From assembly GCA_963835335.1 (NCBI GenBank), contig CAWIFB010000006.1, positions 72,084-136,083 on the forward strand: a stretch of 64,000 nt of DNA, written 5' to 3'. Under the pieces are notes generated by a model. It searched no databases and was not told the origin of the DNA. It saw only the letters and a program-made list of their open reading frames with translations. The stretch is from an uncultured Chloroflexia bacterium. Lineage in GTDB: Bacteria; Chloroflexota; Limnocylindria; Limnocylindrales; CSP1-4. Positions 16,928 to 25,755 of this stretch are shown here, one piece after another; position 1 is the stretch's first letter, and every line of letters starts with the position of its first letter. The position numbers and the translations under genes were made by a program.

Positions 16928-19900
16928 TCAAGGAAGCGCCTCGAGACGGATCCCTTCCAGCAGATCGATCTCGCTGGCAATGGCAACCTCCGGGGAGCCT
17001 GATGGAATCCCGGCGACGCGCATGGCCGATTCCGGGAACGCGATCACGCCCAGTGCCCGTGGCATCCGGTCAGACGCGTCAACCAGGAATGTGCCTGCCG
17101 CCAGCGCCGATTGCAGGAGGCCGGCCATGTCCCGCTCGGTGTCGGTTCGCGTCGCCACGGCACCCGGGGACGCGAGCGGGACCAGCCCACTTCCCGAATC
17201 CTCGCTGATCAGCCGGCCCGCGAACTCCGTGCCGAGCAGGTACTGCACGAAGGACCTGACCTCGGGCCGGTCACGAAGCACGACGAGCGTGTACACACGC
17301 CCACGCAGCTCGTTCGCACCTCCGGCGCGGACTGGGAGACGGACCGGGGTAAGGTCGTCGCGGATGCCTTCTTCCCACGTCGCCCGCTGATCGCCGCTCG
17401 CGTGGATCAGCCAGCACTCCGGCAGCTCGCCCGAGCCCATCTGGAGTGCCGCCCACGCCGCCGGCGTCCGAATGGCCGTCTCAGGGCCGCCGAGGACAGC
17501 GCCAGTCTGGCGGATCAGCGCGTGATAGCGGCGAAATGCAGACCCGATGGCAAGGCTGAAGCCGGTTCGCCCGGCCGCCCAGGAGTCGAATCCGGGCGCC
17601 GTCAGTACATCGAGCACGAGGTCCTCGATCAGGTCGGCGCCATAGGCCCCGTCATGCTCACCCCCAAGGAGGCCGAGACACCACGGCGCGCGACCATCCT
17701 GGATCATTCGCTCGACGAGCTGCTCCAGTGCCTCCCAGGTCGTCGGTGGCTCGTAGCCCGCGGCGGCGAACGCGTCGGCCGGGTACCACAGCAGACCGGA
17801 GACCGTCGCCGCGACCGGGGCACCGACGAGGCGCGCGGCCGTGCCGTCCGAAGCGCCGGCCGACGGCTGGACCCGGCCGAGATCGGCCAGCGGGCCCGCC
17901 TCGAGCGTCGCGAGGTCGGCCGGCGACAGGACCTCGTCCAGCGACAGAAGCAGGCCCGCACGAGCCAGGTCAGCGACGTCCCCCGAGCGAGCAAGGATGG
18001 CAACGTCTGCCTGCTCGAGCCCGGCTCGAGGATCTCCGGTGCCGTCGTCATTCGTGATGGAGATGGCACCGCCCCTGGTCGCATAGTCGGCCAACGCCCC
18101 GGCAAGATCGGCGGGCAGTTGTGAGACGACCCGCACGCCCACACCGCCGATGTTCTGGGCGACGAGATCGGTCATCGCCACCACGCCCGTGGCGGTCATG
18201 ACCCGAAGCTCCGCGTCAAACGAGCGTCGATCCGCGGCCGGACATGCCGGCTGGTGCAGGTAGGTGCGGCATTCGTCGACGGTGAGCGACCGGCCGACCG
18301 AGGTCGCGGCGAGCTCGATCAGGTCGCGGGCCGGCAGCAGATAGACGCCGCGGGCACCGTTGGGGGGCGGCGCGAGTCGCACCCCAACGGGGACGTCGCC
18401 CGACGGGTACGGGACCCGCGCCCGTTGAACGGCCCAGTGCAGCGCATCGAGCGCCTCCTCCGTGATCCACCCCCGATCGGCCGTCGCCCGCGCCGCCTCG
18501 ACGGCCAGCAGCAGGGCCAGCGTCGGATCGGTGTCGAGACGTCCGTTCGCGGCAACCGCCAGCTCGCGCGCCATGGCGATCGCTCGATCCTCGCGGGCGC
18601 CCTCGGCCTGCCGCCAGACGACGGCGAGCAACCCCGAGACCCCGATGATGCCCGCGAGGAGCACCGCCATGAGCGCCCGGAGCCGCGTCGACGCCCGGCG
18701 CTCGAGCCGGCGCTCCTGGTCGCGGCGATCGCGCTCGGCGGACTCGATCCGTCGGCGTTCGACCACGCTTGCTTCGAGCAGCTCGCGCTCAAGGCCGTCG
18801 AGGCGGATGTCGGTGGTGGCGCTCCAGGTCTCGAACAGATCGAGACGGCTGCCGGAGAGCAGGAAGCCGGGATCTCGATCCGCGGTTGCCCACTCGGTGG
18901 CCAGGGCATTCAGCCGCCCCTCCATCCAGAGGCCCTCCTCGGCCTCGTGGATCCAGCCCGCAAGTCGCGGCCAGTGCGTCAGCAGCGCTTCGTGTGCCGG
19001 CTCGACTGTCGCCTGGCTGGTGCGTGGATCTCGATCGAAGGCCACCAATCGCCATCGTCCGAAGGCTTCGAGCACGGTGTCGATGCGCTCCTGCGTTGCC
19101 TCGATCGAGCGCAGGTCGTCCACCACCACCCGGCGGGCGGCCACGGTCCGTCCTTCGCCCACCGCGACCATGCGCAGGAACAGTTGGCGGGCGACGTCGC
19201 GGGACAGTTGGTCGAGCGACGCGAACACCGCCTCCGCACGACGTCCGACGGCGCCCGCGACCCCTCCGATCGCCGCATAGGACTCGCGACTGAGCCGCTG
19301 CCCGTCCGCTCGCTCGAACAGCTCGGTGAGGGCGAACTGGAGGAGCGGGAGCGCCCCGGGTCGGTTGACGACGTCCGCCTCGAGGTCTGCTGCCAGCCCC
19401 GGCTCGAGCTCGACCCCGACGGCGGCGGCCGGCCGTGCGATCGCCCGCTCGAGCTCGTCGCGGGTCAGTGGGCTCATGACCTCGATGCCGTCCCGGACCA
19501 GCGTTCCAAGCTCGGCGCTGAGCAACGGCCGATCGAACCAATCCGCTCGCAGGGACGAGACGACGACCGGTCGTGGCCCAGGCCCCGTCAGGGCGGCGGC
19601 GATGCCGCCCAGGAACCTGGATGGTCCGGCGGGGTCCGTCGCGAGCGCGAACAGCTCCTCGAGCTGGTCGATGACGAGGAGCAGCCGGCGCGGGTCGGCG
19701 GCAGCGGCCCGTGAGAGTGTGGCTGCGACATCGATCGGCTCGGCCACCATCGCCGACCCCGGCCGCGCGTCGTTTGCGATGACATCGTCCAGCGCCCGGA
19801 GCAATGCCTCCTCCGGGCGGCTGCCAGGGAGCATCACCGCGATCCGCCACTCCTCGTGAACGGAACGTGGTGCCCGGAGCAGCGGCAGCAGCCCGGCGCG

Positions 19901-20860
19901 GATGACGCTCGACTTCCCGCTTCCGCTCGGTCCGACGAGGAGCAGCAGGCCGCCCGCCCGCGACACGACCTCGAGACGTTCGAGGAGCCTCGCCGCGAAC
20001 ATCTCGCGCCCGAAGAAGTCGCCGGCGTCCGCCTCACCAAATGGCCGCAGGCCCTTGTAGGGATTGCGTCGCCCGGACAAGGGTCGCGTGACATCGAGCG
20101 TCGCGTCCTGGCGCAGGATCGCCAGCTCGAGCGCCTGGAGCTCGGCGGAAGGGTCGATGCCCAGCTCGTCAGCGAGGAGGCGCCGACCCTCCTGGTAGAC
20201 GCGCAGCGCGTCAGCCTGGCGGCCGGCGCCATACATGGCCCGCATCAACAGGGCCCGAAGGTGCTCCCGTAACGGCTCTTCGGCCACCAGGGACTCCAGC
20301 TCGCCCGCGATCTCGCGGCCACGACCGAGCGCGAGATCCGCCTCGAAGCGATCCTCGAACGCTCGCAGCCGCAGCTCGCGCAGGCGGGCGATCTCCGGCT
20401 GCAGGAACGCGAGGTCGGCCAGGTCCGCGAACGCCTCCCCGTGCCACAGCGCCAACGCGTCGCGGATCTGCCCGGCGGCGACGGCCGGTTCGCCTGCGAG
20501 GTGCTCATGACCTTCCCGCGCCAGCCGCTCGAAGTGGGCCGCATCGATCGCGTCGGGCTCGATGCGCAGGGAGTAGCCGCCGGCCTCGGTCGCGATCAGG
20601 CCCCGGGCGTTGCCGTCGTGGTTGTCGCGGGTCCCCGACTCCAGCGCCGTCCGGAGACGCGAGACGTGGAACGCGACGCTGCCGGCGCCGCTGTCCGGCG
20701 GAGAATCGCCCCACAGCGCATCCAGGATGCGCTCGGTCGAAACGGGCTGTCCGGCATGGACGACCAGCAGCGCAAGCAAGGCGCGCTGCCGCTGGGACGC
20801 GATCGCGGTCGCCCGGCCGGCATCGACGATCTCGACGCGGCCGAGGATCCGGATCTCCAT
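16928..20860 (-). CDS. SARP/AfsR-type regulator fused to a STAND P-loop NTPase, a TM helix and a C-terminal solute-binding-protein-like domain (1310 aa)
   Basis: Winged helix (aa 1-100). BTAD (ALALWHGEAFADL...LMRAMYGAGRQADALRVYQ). NPYKGLRPFGEADAGDFFGRE. Walker A GPSGSGKSS and Walker B LLLVIDQLEE. TM helix LRALMAVLLAGIIGVSGLLAVVW (aa ~727-749). The C-terminal ~400 aa resemble a sugar SBP (LWYPADAFAAAGYEPPTTWEALEQL). Confidence 0.9.
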   Translation of the reverse strand: MEIRILGRVEIVDAGRATAIASQRQRALLALLVVHAGQPVSTERILDALWGDSPPDSGAGSVAFHVSRLRTALESGTRDNHDGNARGLIATEAGGYSLRIEPDAIDAAHFERLAREGHEHLAGEPAVAAGQIRDALALWHGEAFADLADLAFLQPEIARLRELRLRAFEDRFEADLALGRGREIAGELESLVAEEPLREHLRALLMRAMYGAGRQADALRVYQEGRRLLADELGIDPSAELQALELAILRQDATLDVTRPLSGRRNPYKGLRPFGEADAGDFFGREMFAARLLERLEVVSRAGGLLLLVGPSGSGKSSVIRAGLLPLLRAPRSVHEEWRIAVMLPGSRPEEALLRALDDVIANDARPGSAMVAEPIDVAATLSRAAAADPRRLLLVIDQLEELFALATDPAGPSRFLGGIAAALTGPGPRPVVVSSLRADWFDRPLLSAELGTLVRDGIEVMSPLTRDELERAIARPAAAVGVELEPGLAADLEADVVNRPGALPLLQFALTELFERADGQRLSRESYAAIGGVAGAVGRRAEAVFASLDQLSRDVARQLFLRMVAVGEGRTVAARRVVVDDLRSIEATQERIDTVLEAFGRWRLVAFDRDPRTSQATVEPAHEALLTHWPRLAGWIHEAEEGLWMEGRLNALATEWATADRDPGFLLSGSRLDLFETWSATTDIRLDGLERELLEASVVERRRIESAERDRRDQERRLERRASTRLRALMAVLLAGIIGVSGLLAVVWRQAEGAREDRAIAMARELAVAANGRLDTDPTLALLLAVEAARATADRGWITEEALDALHWAVQRARVPYPSGDVPVGVRLAPPPNGARGVYLLPARDLIELAATSVGRSLTVDECRTYLHQPACPAADRRSFDAELRVMTATGVVAMTDLVAQNIGGVGVRVVSQLPADLAGALADYATRGGAISITNDDGTGDPRAGLEQADVAILARSGDVADLARAGLLLSLDEVLSPADLATLEAGPLADLGRVQPSAGASDGTAARLVGAPVAATVSGLLWYPADAFAAAGYEPPTTWEALEQLVERMIQDGRAPWCLGLLGGEHDGAYGADLIEDLVLDVLTAPGFDSWAAGRTGFSLAIGSAFRRYHALIRQTGAVLGGPETAIRTPAAWAALQMGSGELPECWLIHASGDQRATWEEGIRDDLTPVRLPVRAGGANELRGRVYTLVVLRDRPEVRSFVQYLLGTEFAGRLISEDSGSGLVPLASPGAVATRTDTERDMAGLLQSALAAGTFLVDASDRMPRALGVIAFPESAMRVAGIPSGSPEVAIASEIDLLEGIRLEALP

Positions 20861-21009
20861 CCGGCCCCCTTGCTACGTGGTCCGGCGGCGTCGGTGCCCG
20901 ATGCTAGGGCGCAGGAGACGCAGTGGCTACGGCCGTCCGGCCTGCCGTATCGATGCCGCGGTCGCCAATCGGGCCCGGCATCCGGCGACCCGGCCGGGCC
21001 GCCGACACG

Positions 21010-21039
21010 AAGCGGGCCGGCCCGGAGGCCGACCCGCTT
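21010..21039 (-). terminator. Hairpin downstream of the secreted-protein gene, candidate terminator
   Basis: AAGCGGGCCGGCC-cgga-GGCCGACCCGCTT gives 12 pairs with one C.A mismatch. It starts 24 nt past the stop at 21063. Confidence 0.4.
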
Positions 21040-21062
21040 GAACGTGGGATGCGAGCGTCAGC

Positions 21063-21485
21063 TCACGCGCCCGGAATCGCGGTGGGGTTGCCCAGCACCG
21101 GGCACCGGAAGTCGGCAGCCTCGTCGCGGACCAGGACCAGCTCATCGTTGGCGGCCCGAGCCTCGAGATCCGACCAGCTGGTCACGCGGGTCGTCGGATC
21201 GCCGTTTGTCCACGTCGCGCGATAGATGGCCCACCGGCCGCCGTGGTGGCCGATCGTGCCCGGGGCGAACTCGGCGACGCCGAACTGGCTGTCGGCCGTC
21301 GAGTTGGTGAAGATCGCGAACGGATCGGTTCCGGTGCCGTCCGGCACGTTGGCCTTGTTGCCGAACACTCGGTAGACCTGGTCGTTCGCATAGACCGCAC
21401 CGAAATCGCGGCTCGCGGATACCGGACCGGCGAACGCGGAGAGCGCGAGCAGTCCTGCGGTGATGGCAAGCATCAAGCGCTTCAT
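21063..21485 (-). CDS. Small secreted protein (hypothetical)
   Basis: Signal peptide MKRLMLAITAGLLALSAFAGPVSAS. The mature part contains VAEFAPGTIGHHGGRWAIY. No family is recognised. Confidence 0.75.
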   Translation of the reverse strand: MKRLMLAITAGLLALSAFAGPVSASRDFGAVYANDQVYRVFGNKANVPDGTGTDPFAIFTNSTADSQFGVAEFAPGTIGHHGGRWAIYRATWTNGDPTTRVTSWSDLEARAANDELVLVRDEAADFRCPVLGNPTAIPGA

Positions 21486-21760
21486 GGATCCTCCATTTCC
21501 TTGGCTACGTCGGCGAATGCCGATCCAGGAGCCGGAGTCTCGACAGGCGCGATGTCAGCTCGATGACGAACCGTGACGCGTCGGTGACAGGCGGGCTCGA
21601 TCGGCCGGGCCGCGCCCGACCTCGCGTGACTCTCCGTGTGCGTCAGGGGAGATATCAGCCTGGCGGTTCCTGACCAGGAGGAGGCGTTTCGCGCCGCAAC
21701 CCCGTGGCTGGGCGCCGGCTTGATGCGCCGGGCGAGTCGGCGCGCGGGAAAGGCGTCGGC

Positions 21761-21817
21761 GCCAACGAGACGTGCCGGCGCCAACGAGACGTGCCGGCGC
21801 CAACGAGACGTGCCGGC
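21761..21817. repeat. Perfect 19-bp tandem repeat x3 (GCCAACGAGACGTGCCGGC) plus a degenerate fourth unit
   Basis: Read directly: units at 21761-21779, 21780-21798 and 21799-21817. The repeat is intergenic and ends 12 nt from the stop of the anti-sigma/PQQ gene (21829). Confidence 0.9.
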
Positions 21818-21828
21818 GCGAACACGGA

Positions 21829-23199
21829 TTACCCCGGCGCCGTCCCCGTATTGTCGCCGGCGATGCTCTCGAGCTTGCCGAGGCTGGTGGCGACGATGAT
21901 CCTGCCGTCGACGATGGCCGGAGCCCCCGGGACACCGGTCACCGCGAAGTTCCAGATCTCGGTGTTCGTCGCGGCGTCGATGGCATGCACCTTGCCGTCG
22001 TCGCTGGTTGCGTAGAACACGCCGCCGACGTATCCACCGTCGGGCACCGACGATGACCCGATCTGCAGTGGATCTCCCCGCAGCACGCCGGTCGCCGCGT
22101 CGAGCACGTAGAGCATCCCATCGGCCCCCTCGGCAAACACCCGGCCATCGGCTACCGCGCCGATGCGCATGCTGGCGCCCGACGCTGCCTGGAACGGCGC
22201 CAGCCAGGACGGGGTACCCGTCGCCGCATCGAACGCGTACAGGTAATGGAGCGCGGCGTCGCTGGGATCAAGTCCGCCGGCGACATACACCCGTCCGCCG
22301 GCAATGGACGGGGCCGAGGTGTTCCCGGGCTCGAGCGGCTCGCGCCACAACGACCTGCCGGTCACGGCGTCGAAGGCGCCAAGGCTTGCAGCATCGGCGG
22401 ATGTCGAGCCCGCGGACCCGGCGAAGACGCGCCCGTCCGCGGTCGCCACCGCCCCGTTGATCTCGCCGGAGGTTGTCGCCGCGGGCCAGGAGAAGCCGCC
22501 AGTCGACACGTCGAACGCGTACACGCGGTTGTGGCCTCCCGCGAACCCGACGCCATCGCTGACGGCGGCCGCCGAATGCACCGCGGCGAACGTCGTGATC
22601 TTCCAGCGCTCCCGTCCGGCGTCGGCGATGTCGAGGGCATGAACGATCCAATTGTCATCGCCGAAGATGAGCAACCCATTCGAGATGGTCATCCCGCTGT
22701 TGATCGCGGCGCCCACGGACACCTCCCACAGGAGGGTGCCGGTCTGCTCCGCGAACGCTGACACGAAACCGGACTGATCGGCCACGTACACCACACCGGA
22801 AACGACCAGCGGCGACCACGGCCCAACGGGCGCCCTGAGCGTCTGGCTCCACTCGATCCGGAGCCTGCCGGCCGGTGCCGGCCCGGGCATCACCCCCGAG
22901 CGATCGGGGCTCCCGTGATAGGTCAGGACGGCGGACTGTTGGAACGGATCGTGGCGGCGCGATCCGACGAGCAGCAGCGCGCCCAGGAGCGCGAGGACCA
23001 GCAGTGCGACGACGCCCACTCGCACGAGAGGGGCGGTGGGCAGCGCCAGTCGCGTGTCGAACGCCGGACGTCCGAGCTGCGGGGTGGAGGCAATCGCCGC
23101 ATGGATGCCGGCAGCCAGGTCGGACGGGACTCGGACGCCGGCCGCGGGGGTCAGCGCGGCGCGGATCGCGTCATCGGTCAGGTGCATCGAGTTGCTCAT
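21829..23199 (-). CDS. Putative anti-sigma factor with a TM helix and an extracytoplasmic PQQ-like (BamB-type) beta-propeller
   Basis: ATG 23199 overlaps the sigma stop (ATGA). TM helix VRVGVVALLVLALLGALLLVG. Repeated G-x-VYV...G-x-L-x-A-x-D-x-x-TG-x-x-LW units (VYVADQSGFVSAFAEQTGTLLW, LYAFDAATGTPSW, KVHAIDAATNTEIW). Confidence 0.8.
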   Translation of the reverse strand: MSNSMHLTDDAIRAALTPAAGVRVPSDLAAGIHAAIASTPQLGRPAFDTRLALPTAPLVRVGVVALLVLALLGALLLVGSRRHDPFQQSAVLTYHGSPDRSGVMPGPAPAGRLRIEWSQTLRAPVGPWSPLVVSGVVYVADQSGFVSAFAEQTGTLLWEVSVGAAINSGMTISNGLLIFGDDNWIVHALDIADAGRERWKITTFAAVHSAAAVSDGVGFAGGHNRVYAFDVSTGGFSWPAATTSGEINGAVATADGRVFAGSAGSTSADAASLGAFDAVTGRSLWREPLEPGNTSAPSIAGGRVYVAGGLDPSDAALHYLYAFDAATGTPSWLAPFQAASGASMRIGAVADGRVFAEGADGMLYVLDAATGVLRGDPLQIGSSSVPDGGYVGGVFYATSDDGKVHAIDAATNTEIWNFAVTGVPGAPAIVDGRIIVATSLGKLESIAGDNTGTAPG

Positions 23200-23795
23200 C
23201 GTCGTTCGGCTTTCAGCGCGCGCTCGAGTGCGTTGCGAGCGTTGGAAAGTCTCCATTTCACTGTGCCGACCGGCGAGCCCGTTGCTCGCGCGATCTCGGC
23301 AAGCGGCGTGCCTTCCACGTAGTGGAGGACGAGCAGCGCCCGGGACGTGCCGTCGAGTCGGGCGAATGCCCGTTGGATCGCGTCACTTTCGGCGAGCGTT
23401 TCCGAATGAGCCGGGACGCTGGGCTCGATCCGCCGCCCGCGGCTTTCCGGATCCGCGTCCACCGCAAGCTCGCGGACCCGAACCCGTGAGCTGCGACGCA
23501 CGTGGCCACGCGCAGCGTTCACCAGGATCTGCGAGAGCCATGCGTCGAACCTGTCGGGGGTGCGCAGGCGAGGCAGCTCACGCCACGCGAGCACGCATGC
23601 ATCCTGGGTCGCATCACGAGCGTCGGATTCGCTGCGCGTGATCGCCACCGCCAGGCGGAACAGGCGATCGAGGCGCGGCTGGATCAGCAGGTCGAACGCA
23701 TCGCGGTCGCCCGAGGCGGCTCGCTCGATGAGCGCTCCGTCCCGATCGTCGAATATCGCCTCGAAGGTCGTGGCCACCGATCCTCCAAAGAACAT
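23196..23795 (-). CDS. ECF (group 4) sigma-70 factor
   Basis: Region 2 is DARDATQDACVLAWRELPRLRTPDRFDAWLSQILVNAAR. Region 4 is LLVLHYVEGTPLAEIARATGSPVGTVKWRLSNAR. The alternative start GTG 23777 has a GGAGGA RBS. Confidence 0.9.
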   Translation of the reverse strand: MFFGGSVATTFEAIFDDRDGALIERAASGDRDAFDLLIQPRLDRLFRLAVAITRSESDARDATQDACVLAWRELPRLRTPDRFDAWLSQILVNAARGHVRRSSRVRVRELAVDADPESRGRRIEPSVPAHSETLAESDAIQRAFARLDGTSRALLVLHYVEGTPLAEIARATGSPVGTVKWRLSNARNALERALKAERR

Positions 23796-23930
23796 CGCCG
23801 ACGTTGCTGCTCAGGCCCCGTGGAGCCTATCGCGTTGCGAGCGGTCAAGACGCGGGAACGCGGCCGGGATCGGGACCGTCGATCGACGATCGATGTCCGA
23901 TCCCGGCCTGGCTGCACCTTCAGCCTGTCG

Positions 23931-25553
23931 TCAACAGCCGAAGCATTGGTCGGGCGAGTTGCCCGTGATTCCGGAGTTGGTCGCCTTGTATGTCTCGCCG
24001 ACCAGGTAGATCCCCCCGCCCTCCAGGGTGGCTCCCGCCGAACCGGTCACGGCGTTGCCGGTGACGGGGCTGTCCCACAGGGTCAGCCGCCCGCCTGGCG
24101 GCCCGTCCGGGATGGGCGCGTCGTAGATGCCGCCCCCCTGGGCGTACGCATCGGCGCCGTAGGCTCCGGCGGTGTTGTCCCTGATCGAGGTCTCGCGCAG
24201 GGTCATCCCGCCGTAATCCGTGAGCAGTGCGCCACCGCCCGCAAATGCCGTGCCGTTCGGGGCGGATGCCGTCAGGTGGTTGCCCCGGAACAGGCTGTCC
24301 GAGATCGTGCCCGTGAAGATCGAGGCGCCGGCGAGTCCGAACGCGTTGCCCTCGGCAGATTGCACGTCGACCGTGTTGTCCGTGAATCGGCTGCCGCTGA
24401 TCGTGCCGTGCAGCTCGCCGACGGCCGAGTCGCCGAACGCGTCGCCGCCCGAGAGCGCGTGCGAGCTCACCGAGTTGCCGGACACGACACTGTCGTCGAG
24501 CTCGAAGTTGTTGACGCCCCAGTCGACGTGGATGGCGCTCGAGAAGGCGTTCGCGTAGCCGTCCGTGTTGGTCATGCTCACGGAGTTGTTCGAGAGGGTG
24601 CTTCCGGTGATGCGCCCGGACTTGACGCTGTCGCCCAGGTGGATCCCGCCGGCGATCGCGAGCACGTCCACGCTGTCCGGCCAGGACGATGAAAGCGTGG
24701 CGCTGTTACCGGACACCGAGCTGTCGTCCATGACGAGGGACCCGCTGCTGAGGAAGATGCCGCCGCCGTCGGCGAACCGGCCATTCGGCGCAGCTGCAGC
24801 CACGGCGTTGTCAACCACTGCGCTGTGCCGGATCGTCACCGCGCCGAGGAAGCTCATGATGCCCCCGCCCTCCGCATCGGAGGAGACATCGTCGGACAGG
24901 CCGGTCGCGGCACCCACCAGGTTGTGGCTGACGGTCGTGTTGACCAGGGTCAGGGTGCCCGACGAGTCGATGCCGCCGCCGGCCGCGTAGGCGTACGGAC
25001 AGGAGCCGCCCGGGCACGGCGCCCCGCTCGGCACGGTGTCGGTCGTGGCGACCCGGTTATTGGTGATCACGCTGTTCCTGATCGTGACCGTCGCCCCGAG
25101 CAGCGAGCCGACGCCACTCCGTGGGATCTCGATCCCGCCCCCGAACGCTCGCACGCCGTCCTTCCCGAACGAGCTCACCGACTGCGGGCTCGTCCTGGTG
25201 ACGCCATTCCGGATCGTGAGCCCATCGATCGTTACGGTGGGTTCCTGCTTGGCATTGAACACGCCGATCGTGAGCACGGGCCCGCCGCCCTGGATCCGCG
25301 TGACCGATGCCCCCGCACCGGCGAGGGTCACGCTCACGTTGATCGTTATCCCGCCGGCGTAGTTCCCGGGATTGATGTGGATGGTGTCGCCGTCATGCGC
25401 GGCATCGACGGCGGCCTGCACCGACGCGTAACAGCCAGCACCGCCGACGCACAGCGAGGTGGCGGCAACCCCTCCCGGCAACGTCGCGGCCGCCCCCCAG
25501 ATCAAGATCGTTGACACGATGGCTGCTCGTGCGCGGCCCAACCGACCGTTCAT
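23931..25553 (-). CDS. Secreted right-handed parallel beta-helix repeat protein
   Basis: ATG 25553. Signal peptide MNGRLGRARAAIVSTILIWGAAATLPGGVAA. About 12 coils with GGGI-type turns (GGGIEI, GGGIDS, GGGIMS, GGGIFL, GGIHL, GGGIYD, GGGIYL) and NxV/NSV rungs. It ends ...PDQCFGC. Confidence 0.8.
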   Translation of the reverse strand: MNGRLGRARAAIVSTILIWGAAATLPGGVAATSLCVGGAGCYASVQAAVDAAHDGDTIHINPGNYAGGITINVSVTLAGAGASVTRIQGGGPVLTIGVFNAKQEPTVTIDGLTIRNGVTRTSPQSVSSFGKDGVRAFGGGIEIPRSGVGSLLGATVTIRNSVITNNRVATTDTVPSGAPCPGGSCPYAYAAGGGIDSSGTLTLVNTTVSHNLVGAATGLSDDVSSDAEGGGIMSFLGAVTIRHSAVVDNAVAAAAPNGRFADGGGIFLSSGSLVMDDSSVSGNSATLSSSWPDSVDVLAIAGGIHLGDSVKSGRITGSTLSNNSVSMTNTDGYANAFSSAIHVDWGVNNFELDDSVVSGNSVSSHALSGGDAFGDSAVGELHGTISGSRFTDNTVDVQSAEGNAFGLAGASIFTGTISDSLFRGNHLTASAPNGTAFAGGGALLTDYGGMTLRETSIRDNTAGAYGADAYAQGGGIYDAPIPDGPPGGRLTLWDSPVTGNAVTGSAGATLEGGGIYLVGETYKATNSGITGNSPDQCFGC

Positions 25554-25755
25554 GTCCTGACCCTTCCCATGTCGCCAGGACCCTCCCGTCGGTCCGGCAT
25601 TCGCGAGGACCCGCCGCCCGCGTGGCCAGGGGTCCTGCGAGCTGCCCGACCGGACCCGGGACGTGGTCCGATCGTGAGATGCTCGCCAACGACCGAAGGT
25701 TGGCGGATTCTTCATGCGGGTTGTCGCCGGGTACGGGGTGGCGAGGCCGGCGCCG

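Noticed and set aside
21636-22056. ORFs 21636..21899, 21704..22015 and 21772..22056 encoding repeated GANETCRRQRDVP peptides.
   Set aside because: The repetition is just the 19-bp tandem repeat read in three frames. The ORFs overlap the 3' end of the PQQ-propeller gene on the other strand and have no start context.
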